64,000 bases of DNA from Macrostomum hystrix (taxonomy: Eukaryota; Animalia; Platyhelminthes), in the NCBI GenBank assembly GCA_950097015.1, contig CATNEN010000030.1, forward strand, positions 2,542,001 to 2,606,000, read 5' to 3'. Shown here piece after piece: positions 1 to 11,600 of the stretch (its first letter is position 1; every line of letters begins with the position of its first letter). A model generated the notes under the pieces. That model had not been told where the DNA came from and made no database searches. It was given only the letters and a program-made list of their open reading frames with translations. Position numbers and translations under genes: made by a program.

Positions 1-485
1 GTCCCGCCGGTGCGAGCGTGTACACTCTCACTGTGCCTTGGATGGTTGACTCCGCAAAGGCGTAGATTGCAAGACAAGCCTGCAAGCCTTCTCTCCGCGG
101 CTGCGCCTCAGATTAGAGCTCAGGGACATTGGCGCGAATGTCAGACGTTGAAGTCGAAAGGAAGTAAAACTCCCTGGTTTGCCCCACCCCATTGGAAGCA
201 CATTTTTTAACAAGGATCGATCTCTAATCCATATAGGGGCTGGTGAGCGGTCTAAAGCGTTTGCCTCTCGCACCACCAAGATCCCTGAGCTCTATTCCGC
301 GGTAAGGTCGCATTACTTTGGTGCCGCATTCGCGTAGAGATGGCTTGTCGTACAATTTACACCCTTGAGGGTGGAGTATAAGAAAGTCAGGCCAGATTGT
401 GCGCACCTGTGAGAATCTATGCCTGCGTAAAGTATCAGTGTGCATTTGTGCTCAAGAGTCAGTGGAATGGGCAGAATTGCCAGTA
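1..485. mobile_element. Two diverged SINE-A fragments head-to-head (1-~125 minus; ~238-485 plus)
   Basis: Match to the SINE-A consensus (GGCGCAGCCGCGGAGAGAAGGCTT; GAGCGG..GCGTTTGCCTCTCGCACCA). Confidence 0.8.
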
Positions 486-568
486 CCCACAGCCCTCTTA
501 AAAAGATAATTCTTATTTACATGCTTTCTTTGTTACTGGCCTCATTTAATGTCCCTTTAAAATGCCAG

Positions 569-3500
569 CATCCCAGCAACAGTAGCTATCAACAATGATA
601 ATCTCGCTGCTGCTATAACAGGCTATGCCAGCTGCGTTAGTAGGCGCGCCACAGTTGCCACAGTTGACGATGTTGTGAGCAGCTTCGGCCTGACGGCCAG
701 GCCGCCCGCAGCGTTGCCTAGGCAACGCTCGGACTCTACAGGTATCTTTTTTGTAGTCACTTGTTACGAAATAAATGTTAGATTTTTTTCAGAATCTTTC
801 TCTTTAGCGTGAAAGCAGCGTATACTATGCAATTTTAGTCTGCTAATCTTATCTGTGTTTCCTCATACGCGTATTTCCGGATTAGTTTGTGTCTTGTGTC
901 TGCCTCTCTCTCTATATACTGTATCAGTGTTGAACTTGACTATCTTTTTGGCAGAAAAATAGTTTATATTGAGTTAAGTGCAAATAGATGTATGAAAATA
1001 TGACAGCTAATATTCCAAGGACCACTAGATCTAGAACCAAGGAATAAAAAATCCCACTCGCAAACACAACTTTTGTTGCTAACCCAGTATAACCCGTGAC
1101 AATAATTAATGATTTATACGCAAAAGATCTACTAGCCAGATATTAAGACATTTTCTGATTCTACGAGTATCTACTGTCAGAGGCTATAGTTATGTTTTAT
1201 TTGGTTGTTTAATTTTCTAAGAATGTACATAACGCACCCTTACACGCTTAGATCTAAAATACAGTAGGATTATATAGGAATTTCGCACATTGTCAGCACT
1301 ATTTTCTTTCTAGGAATTTGGTTTTGTGCTTGTTTTTGTACCATAAACAAACATTAGTTAATAATCAGTTATTAATCAGTCTTTCGTGTCTTCTGTGCAT
1401 TTTATTGTCTTTTATAGACAAATAAAGTGTAGGTGTCTTATCTTGATGTAATTTTCTTTATTGTATTAATTCTTATCATTATAACTCACCGAATCATCAC
1501 ATTTTCTATATTGTAAAGTTTGGCAATTGATGTATGCGAATTTAGTGTGGCGCCCATCGGTCCATGGACTGAACAGCCGTACGCAGCCTTCAGATGCGCC
1601 GCGCAATAGCTGCGGCTGTGCTGTCGGCTGCACATCTGGCCCGATAGTGGCAGGTGTAATCAGTTATTAATAATAATAATTATTATTACTATCCAAATCA
1701 GTGTTATATGCAAGATTTTGTTTCATATTGAATTGCACCTAAATACTCGTTATTTTTCCGTTAAAAATTCAACACAGGCGCCGGATCAGTAGACGAAGAC
1801 GCTTTCCTGATAGCATTTGAGCAGGTGCCCAAGTTAAATGTGAGTTCTTTTTTTGCTTTGAATTTAACAATACGCTGCCTATTGCTCTAAAATCTCAAAA
1901 TTAAGTGTGTTAAAAGGCACATTCTTGACATGGAATGTGCCTTATTAAAATATGATGTCTTTCAATACACATTTCTTAAATGTGATGTGTTCCAATAGGC
2001 ATTCTTGAAATGGGATGTGTTTCAATACACATTTCTTAAATGTGATGTGTTCCAATAGGCATTCTTGAAATGGGATGTGTTTCAATACACATTATTAAAA
2101 TGTGATGTGTTTCAATAGGCTTTTTTGAAATGGGATGTGTTTCAATAGAATTTCTTAAAATAGAATGTGTTCCAATAGGCATTCTTGAAATGGGATGTGT
2201 TTCAATACACTTTCTTGAAATGTGATGTGTTTCAATAGGCTTTTTTGAAATGGGATGTGTTTCAATAGAATTTCTTAAAATAGAATGTGTTCCAATAGGC
2301 ATTCTTGAAATGGGGTGTGGTTCAATACAAATTCTTAAAATGGGATGTGTTTCAATACAAATTCTTAAAATGGGATGTGTTTCAATACACTTTCTTGAAA
2401 TGGGATGTGTTTCAATACACTTTCTTGAAATGGGATGTGTTTCAATACAAATTCTTAAAATGGGATGTGTTTCAATACACTTTCTTGAAATGGGATGTGT
2501 TTCAATACACTTTCTTGAAATGGGATGTGTTTCAATACACTTTCTTGAAATGGGATGTGTTTCAATACACTTTCTTGAAATGGGGTGTGTTTCAATACAC
2601 TTTCTTGAAATGGGATGTGTTTCAATACACTTTCTTGAAATGGGATGTGTTTCAATACACTTTCTTGAAATGGGATGTGTTTCAATAGGCTTTTTTGAAA
2701 TGGGATGTGTTTCAATACACTTTCTTGAAATGGGATGTGTTTCAATACACTTTCTTGAAATGGGATGTGTTTCAATAGGCTTTTTTGAAATGGGATGTGT
2801 TTCAATACACTTTCTTGAAATGTGATTCGTTTCAATAGACTTTCTTAAAATAGAATGTGTTCCAATAGGCATTCTTGAAATGGGATGTGTTTCAATACAA
2901 ATGCTTAAAATAGGATGTGTTTCAATACACTTTCTTGAAATGGGATGTCTTTCAATAGACTTTTTTGAAATGGGATGTCTTTCAATAGACTTTCTTGAAA
3001 TGGGATGTCTTTCAATAGACTTTTTTGAAATGGGATGTCTTTCAATAGACTTTCTTGAAATGGGATGTGTTTCAATACACTTTCTTGAAATGTGATGTGT
3101 TTCAATAGGCATTCTCGAAATGGGATGTGTGTCCTATGTACATGCTCGCCACATTTATTTGGGGCGCAGCCGCGGAGAGAAGGCTTTGGGGCTTGTCGTG
3201 CAATTGACGCCCTTGAGGGCCAACCTCCAAGACACAGTGAAGTGTACACTGCCTGACGATGAGAAAGTCAGGGCAGATGTACACACCTGTGTGAGCGTGT
3301 GCCTGCGTACGGTATCTGTGTGCGTGTGTGCTCAGGAGTCAGCGAAATGGGCAGAATTGCCTCCTCGCTGGCTGCGGGTCTAGTGTCACCAAATGATGTG
3401 CCATTGCCCGCAGCCCTCCTGCAATTATTATTATTATTTACATGCTCGAAATAGAATATGCTTTAAGGCAAATTCTAGAAAAGTTTCTTTGAAAGAGCTT

Positions 3501-6500
3501 TTCCAACCAGACTGCAAAATAAGTCACCTGCCCGCCTTCCAGGTGTACAGCAACCGAGAAGCTCTGGAGTGCCTGAATAAAATTCGCGACGTTCTGTCTG
3601 GTAGCGCCTCGGAGGATTGGGAGAAGCGCGTCGACGCAATGAAACAGCTGCGAGCTCTCCTGCTGGCCGGAGGTCCGGAGTTCGAAGACTTCCTGCCCAG
3701 TCTGCGCTCCCTGGTCGTGCCGTTTCGTGGCTGCATAGCCGACCTGCGCTCGCAGGTTGTTCGCGAGGCCTGCGTCACTATTGCCCACCTGGCCAGTTGC
3801 CTTGGCAACCGATTCGACCAATTTGCCGAGCCAATCATGGAACCGCTACTGGCGTTGCTAAGCAACAGTGCCAAGATTGTGGCCACTTGCGGAATAGTGA
3901 GTACGGCTAAGGATAATGATGGAACATAAAGAGCTTTGGACTTCGGAAGTTCGAGCCCCAGTTATTTATATCTACCTGGAACATAATAGTCACCTTTATT
4001 TTGTTCATTAACCGCAATGGCATTACCTAGTTACACACAAATTAGTTATCTGTGGTCTGGTTTGAGGCATAGCAGCTTCAGGAATTATTTATTTCCGTTG
4101 CTCAGATTGTTAGCGGATTGCACTCAGTTAGTTCCTGTTCTAAATTAACAGTTTATTAATTCAATGCCCAATGAGTGCGGTAAAGATTAATTATAATATG
4201 CGACTAAGGATAGTTGTTGGTGATGTAGCTTTTTCTCAGCCCAGACTAGCACCATAAGGCCGCATAGCTGCCCTGCTACTCTCGTGTTAGTGTATCACTT
4301 CCCTAGGATTCTCATTTTTTAAACCATTTTGGTGCAATAAAAATTATATTTTCTAATTAGTTAGCATTTTTTATAGTTAACAGTAGGCCTACCAAGCCAT
4401 TTTACCGGGTCGTGACTGATTGGTTGACAGACTACGCGATGGTGTCCTGTGGTTAAGCTGCGCCTAATATTTAGGCTTGATCATTGAAGTAAGAGAAATT
4501 CGTATCAGGGTGTCCATAGTGGTCTATTTCCACCTGTTGTAGCCCTTGAAGGTCCGGCAAATCTGTCTGGATAAAGGTAGGTGACCATCGAAGTGTTCCT
4601 TGTTCCCGTGTTCTTGAGTTTCGTGAGCTTGCGTTGCTGCTCGGGTGCAGCACGAAAAATTGTCAGGGGTGTGAAATTCCCGCCCCTTTGTAGTTCTACT
4701 GAGGCTTGTACTGAGATTCATACGTTCGCAGGCTGTTGTGTCAGATTAGATTATGAGCTAGCTTAAAGCTTATTGTCAGATGATGGACTTAATTGCGTGA
4801 CATTTTCCCAGTTTACCGAATAGCTTAGTGTCTCCTCCTAGTCGTATTCGTCTGTATTTTGAGCATCATCATCGCGCTTAATTGATCCGGTCGCACCCTC
4901 CGCACTGCAGGTGTGCATCTCCATGCTGCTGCGGCACACCCAGAGTCACCGCCTGCTGCCCAGCCTGCTGTCTATGGGCCAGGCTAAATCTGCAATTCAA
5001 AGGCGCAGCGCTGCCGAGCTTTTAGCCGATCAGGTAATATTCTAGTTTGTTCTTCCTGCATTAAAGAACACTTTTTATAGTAAAATTGGTTAGGACCAGG
5101 TTCCAGTTAGGACCAGGTTCCAGTTAGGACCAGATTCCAATTTAGGACCAGGTACCAGTTAGGACCAGGTTCCAATTTAGGACCAGGTACCAGTTAGTAC
5201 CAGATTCCAGTTAGGACCAGATTCCAGTTAGGACCAGATTCCAATTTAGGACCAGATTCCAGTTAGGACCAGATTCCAGTTAGGACCAGATTCCATTTAG
5301 GACCAGATTCCATATAGGACCAAATGCCAGTTAGCACCAGCTTCCAGTTAGGACCAGGTACCAGTTAGGACCAGATTCCAGTTAGGACCAGATTCCAGTT
5401 AGGACCAGATTCCAGTTAGGACCAGATTCCATTTAGGACCAGATTCCAGTTAGGACCAGATTCCAGTTAGGACCGGATTCCATATAGGACCGGATTCCAT
5501 ATAGGACCAGATTCCAGTTAGGACCAGATTCCAGTTAGGACGAGGTACCAATCTAAACAGCGGTTTTTTCCCCGCCCGCAGGTCCTTGCCCGCTGGCCAG
5601 CGCACGCCCTGGAGCGGCAGCTTCCCGGCCTGCAGGACTGGCTGCGCCGGTGCCTGACCGATGCCGACCAGGAGACTCGGTCCAATGGCCGGCGCGCATT
5701 CTGGCTATTTGGCCGCCAGTTCTGGGCGCAGGCGGCCAGTGTGTTAAACAACTGCGATTCTCGCACCCGAGCCGCTATCGAGCGCGTCCGACCGTCGGAC
5801 ATGCCGGCCCCGGCCGCTCCTGGGGCCGGCGCCAACTCGCGGGCAACTCCGCAGTCGACGCCGGCCAGTCGCGGCGCGTCGCCGCCTCGCAGTCGCGCTG
5901 GGCCGCGATCGCAGGCCTCAAGCCGGGGCTCGTCTCCGCCCCGGTCTGGCATTCCGGTGCCAACGAATTCTTCGACACCGGCGCCGGGAGCTTCGTCTCA
6001 GCCTCGGCGCAGTCTAGGCGGCAGCGGCGGCGGCGGCTCCGTCTCGGCTCGCAGCAGCTTCCGCAGCGGCCGGAATCAGCAGCAGCAGGCAGCGGCCCAG
6101 TCGGCCCTGGCCGAAGCCCTGCAGTTCAAGCTGCAACAGCGGCGTCAGGCTTCGGCATCTGGCGACGGCGAGGATGCCAGCGAGACGTCGTCTGTGTGCT
6201 CCGACTCGTCTTTCAAGTCTTTCACGGTGAGACCAATTTCTCTTGTACAGTATAACTGTGTTTCCTTGCGTTCGTATTGTTGCCATCATTTGTTGCATAT
6301 AGGCGTAACACGTGGTTTTCTATTATACAGCTGTGTCAATGCGCTTTGGAGTTGGGATTGAATGTACTCAAATGACTAGGTTATGAATTTAATGGACTCA
6401 AATAACTAGGTCATGTATTGAATAGACATTAATGAGTACGTCATTAATTGAATAATCTCTAATGACTAGGCTATGAATTAAAAGTGCTCAAATGACCAGT

Positions 6501-8594
6501 TTATCTATTGAATGAACTCAATTGACCTAAGTGAGTACATTATGTATTGAATGTGCTCAAATGACTAGGTTATGTATTGAATGGGCTCAAATAACTAGGT
6601 TATGTATTGAATGTGCTCTAATGACTAGGTTATGTATTGAATTGGCTCAAATGACTAGGTTATGTATTGAATGTGCTCAAATGACTAGGTTATGTATTGA
6701 ATGTGCTCAAATGACTAGGTTATGTATTGAATGTGCTCAAATGACTAGGTTATGTATTGAATGTGCTCAAATGACTAGGTTATGCATTGAATGTGCTCAA
6801 ATTACTAGGTTATGCATTGAATGGGCTCAAATGACTAGGTTATGTATTGAATGTGCTCAAATGACTAGGTTATGTATTGAATGTGCTCAAATGACTAGGT
6901 TATGCATTGAATGTGCTCAAATTACTAGGTTATGCATTGAATGGGCTCAAATGACTAGGTTATGTATTGAATGGGCTCAAATGACTAGGTTATGCATTGA
7001 ATGGGCTCAAATGACTAGGTTATGCATTGAATGGGCTCAAATGACTAGGTTATGCATTGAATGGGCTCAAATGACTAGGTTATGCATTGAATGGGCTCAA
7101 ATGACTAGGTTATGTATTGAATGGGCTCAAATGACTAGGTTATGTATTGAATGGGCTCAAATGACTAGGTTATGTATTGAATGGGCTCAAATGACTAGGT
7201 TATGCATTGAATGGGCTCAAATGACTAGGTTATGCATTGAATGGGCTCAAATGACTAGGTTATGCATTGAATGGGCTCAAATGACTAGGTTATGCATTGA
7301 ATGGGCTCAAATGACTAGGTTATGTATTGAATGGGCTCAAATGACTAGGTTATGTATTGAATGTGCTCAAATAATCTGCTGACTACGAAAGCTAAATTAG
7401 CCTAACGATTGTTGGTACAAGTACGCCGTATTATGCCTCTAAAATGCTAGACTACCTGGCTATTATCCCCACCAACCCACCGGCCTAACTAAAGCGGGCG
7501 CTTCTTTTGTCATTGTAACGCGAGATTTGATTTGATTTGTTGGCTTGCGCGCGCAATGCACATTTAATAGTTTTCGCACCTTAGCCTACTATGAGTAGAG
7601 CGATGAAAATCACTTTCAATATCTAATTACCTCTGCAATACTGTTATATTCTTAGTCTAATAATTATCCACACCTGTCAGAGCTGCTACACCGGTCGTAG
7701 ATTTGTAGCCCGAATCAGCAAGGTAAATCATTATTCGATTTTAAACATTTCTGATTTTTGAAAAACTGCTTTACTTGCTGTTGTGTGATAATAGGTGACT
7801 TTTAGCTCTGTTTAATTTTATATACTTTTTTGTAAAAAAAAGCACCCTGCTTCGTCATTCAAAGTAATTCAAAATTTTACACTACAATTTTATGTATTTT
7901 AGTGCATGATATTCCTAGTTTTTTATTCATGTAAATTGCTTACAATTTTGATTCATTATACATATGCTATGCACTTTTAATAGATGTTGTGCACTTTTAT
8001 ACTTGGTGTTGTGTGGTGTCTAGGTAGCTCATTAGCAGTTTTTAACTGTCGTGTGCAGCATGCTAATGACTATTTCAACTACAGATTTACTATCGAATAC
8101 ATATTGAAACTGTATTCCCGCAGAACCTGGCCGAGATTCTCGCCCAGCTGCAGTCGCCCGAGTGGAGCTGCCGGCGAGACGGCCTCGCCAGCTTCAGCAG
8201 CTACCTGGCCAGGGAGGGCGGCCCTACCCTTAACCAGTTGGAATTGAAGAAGGTCTGCGAAATCTTTGGCAAACTGTTCGGCGAGCCCAATGGCCGGGTG
8301 ACGCAATTCTTTCTAGAAGCTCTCGGCGACTTTGTTAGCCGCTATCATAGCGACCTGCACGACTGGCTGTACACCCTGCTGGTGCGGCTCATTGGTCGAA
8401 TGGCCAGCGAGACACTGGCTAGTCAGCAGGCCCGCTTCCAGGTGAGAAACCACTCCGTTTCGGAATAATTAGCACATTTAGATTTAAATGGCTTTTTTGT
8501 AAATGGGCCCTGAGCACACTGCTCACACAGGTGTGAGTGCATCTGCACTGAATTCTTCAACGTTAGACAGTGTACATTCTCTCTGCTTGGCGGA

Positions 8595-8641
<47 letters not shown>

Positions 8642-11600
8642 TCTGGGCAGTTATGCACTTTCTAATATTTCGAATAGTATTTAATGAACAATGCTAGTCT
8701 TCCTGTCAGTTATTGATATGTATTGGTCATTTTCAGTTAGGTTTCCAAAGTTTAGCGCACAGAGGCCGATATTTTTTAGTTAAAATGTCTCCCGGCTTGA
8801 ACTGTGTGGACTCCAGCGACAGTTTAAGAGAAATTCGGTTCTAATGGGCTTAAGGAGGATAAATGGGATTAATTATTGAACTCCCGCAGACGGCCCTGGA
8901 ACGCATCCAGCGGGCCTTTCCGATGCCGCTGCAGCTGCGCTGCCTGTTGCGCTTCCTAATCGATCAGAATCAGCAGCCGACTCCGCGAGTCCAATCTGCC
9001 CTGCTGCAGTGCCTATTGCAAGTAGTGCGCCAGCTGCCCGCTGACGCACTGTCCTCCTGGCGCCAGCAGTCTGACCAGCCGGGCCCCGGTCAGGAGGCCC
9101 GCATTGCCCTCTCGCGGCTGACCACCCTCACCAAGGATCCGAAGTCGCCGGATGTGCGCAAGCTGTCCCAGGCGGTGCTGGCCGCATTGTTTGAATTGAG
9201 TCCGGCCTGTTTTAGTGCCGTATTGAAAGAGATGCAGCCTACAATACAGCAGCGCGCGACAGATGTACTCAGGCTACAGCTGGGAGCAAAAGGGTGAGCC
9301 TTAGCTGTATGTGCTTGTACAATTGTGCACCCGCTTGCTTTTAATACCGAGTTTTTTATTGTGTGTTCTGTTGCAAACTAAACTGAACGCTGGTTTCATC
9401 CCAACGGTTAATAATAATAATAATAATTGCAGGAGGGCTGCGGGCAGTGGCACATAATTTAGTGACACTAGACCCGCAGCCAGCGAGGAGGCAATTCTGC
9501 CCATTTCGCTGACTCCTGAGCACACACGCACTCAGATACTCTACGCAGGCATACGCTCACACAGGTGTGTACATCTGCCCTGACTTTCTCATCGTCAGGC
9601 AGTGTACACTCTCACTGTGCCTTGGAGTTTGGCCCTCAAGGGCGTAAATTGCACGACAAGCCCCCAAGCCTTCTCTCCGCGGCTGCGCCCCAAATAAATG
9701 TGGCTTCGCCGTGGAATCGAACTTAGGGACCGTGGTGCGAGAGGCAAACGCGATAACCGCTCTGCCACCGACCCATATCCCAACGGTTACAACTCTGGAA
9801 GCTGCTTTCTTAGAGGTCTTGAGTTCGAGTCTTATTATAATAATATTATTAATTGCAGGAGGGGTGCGGGCAATGGCATTTCATTTGGTGACACTAGACA
9901 CTTGGCAAGGAGGCAATTCTGCGCATTTCGCTGACTCCTGAGCACACACGCACTCAGATACTGTACACAGGCACACGCTCACACAGGTGTGTACATGTGC
10001 CCTGACTTTCTCATCGTCAGGCGGTGTACACTTCACTGTGCCTTGGAAAGGCCCTCAAAGGCGTAAAGTGGCCTCGCAGCAGAATCGAGCCCAGACCCTT
10101 GGCGCGAGAGGCAAACGCGTTTGACCGCTCTGCCACCCCCCGAGTTCGAATCTTAGCCTAGAAGAAACTATTTTCGTCTTATTTTAGCCAGACAGAGACT
10201 CAAATCCCTATGGCTTTAGTTCAGCATGTTCTGGCTTCCCAGTCCATGGACTAAACAGCTGTGCCACTGGCTGTACACCTGTTCCAACTGGGATCGGAGT
10301 GATTTCTTTTTGTACTTCTATTTAAGTTATATTTCTCCCAATTCTGGTTGCTAAGCACGCCATCCAGCAGCAGCCGGGTCAGTCAATACAGGCAACAGTC
10401 GTCGCCGAATCGGGGACTATCGCCATTGCGTTATGCTCGGCTCAGTCAGATTAGGTAGCCGCCGTGAACTGCTATCCTATCTGCTGTTATTCTATTTATT
10501 CTTGCTACTTTACTTATGTATTTATTTGCTTATCTTGTTAGTTTAATTGCCAATCCACTGCTGTATATTCAGTTGCGTTGGTCACAGGTAATTAATTAGA
10601 TCGAGGTTTCTGGAGCTGCTTCTATCAGTTTGCCTTTTTTTATTAGAAAACATTTTCTAATTGGACATTACTCATATAAGGGCTGATTCTTCCCGTGTAC
10701 TTGCCGTTATTTTGCATCGCTTATTTACAATAGACATAAGTCACATTGTCTATTTCCTTTTTATACCAATAATAATAAGAATAATTATTATTATAATTGC
10801 AGGAGGGCTGCAGGTAATGATAACTTTTTTCGGGACAGTAGACCCGCAGCCAGCGCGGAGGCAATTCTGCCCATTTCGCTGACTCCTGAGCACACACGCA
10901 CATAGATACTGTACACAGGCCTACGATCACACAGGTGTGTACATCTGCCCTGACTTTCTCATTGTCAATGCTAATAGTGTGCACTCTCACTGTGCCTTGG
11001 AGTTTGGCCCTCAACCTCGCCGCAGAATCGAGCTCAGGGACCTTGGTGCGAGAGGCAAACGCGTAAACCGCTCTGCCACTCACCCCCTTATTACACTACT
11101 TACTTGTAAGTTCAGTAGAGCAGTTTAGCTTTAGTTGTATTTTTTTGTTAATTCATTCAACAGGGCGAACCTTCCAATAGCTTCAATTAGCACGCCTCAG
11201 AGTGCGCCAACGCCAAGCGCGTCGTCTACTGCATCGGCGGCCAGAGTTGCCACCGCTGCCAGAGCCGACTCCGGTGCCGCCGCTAAATCCTCCGCCACCC
11301 CCTTGGCTAATCTCCCCGCCGAGGAAGACTTGGTTAATAGCATTCACCGCGCCGCGCTCAACTTGCAATCCTTTGCAATGGACGATGATGAAAATGAGAG
11401 AGACTCAACCATCGAGGCTAGGGTGCCGCAGATGATGACAAAGACTTCCGCTGCTGTGGCCACGACTCTGCCTGTTCCAACGCCGATGAGGCCGAGACAG
11501 CTGGCTAATGGAGCTGCACCGTATGGAGTGCCGCAGCAGCAGCAGCAGCAGCAACCAAAGCAACTGCCGACTGAGCTCGGGATCGTTTCAACTCCTTCAC

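Noticed and set aside
2036-3112. Other repeat ORFs (CIETHPISRK; also 6531-7382, 19311-20045, 38296-38999, 49566-50637, 57580-58596)
   Set aside because: They come from tandem arrays that are open by chance and sit in introns or intergenic DNA.
3253-3284. Hammerhead ribozyme in SINE-A (CUGACGA-UGA-GAAA)
   Set aside because: The core words are present, but stem II is absent, there is no suitable stem III or NUH site, and CUGAC is sequestered by GUCAG in the hairpin.
3242-3284. SECIS element in the SINE-A hairpin (AUGA/AAA)
   Set aside because: AUGA and AAA share the same loop, with no tandem G-A quartet or helix II geometry.
4471-4766. Short antisense ORFs in a CLASP intron
   Set aside because: No recognisable motifs or splice structure; could be a decayed element but cannot be supported.
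1905-7375. Common origin of the two 30-bp CLASP arrays (shared TGTATTGAA in opposite orientation)
   Set aside because: Only 9 bp are shared between AT-rich units, which is compatible with chance.
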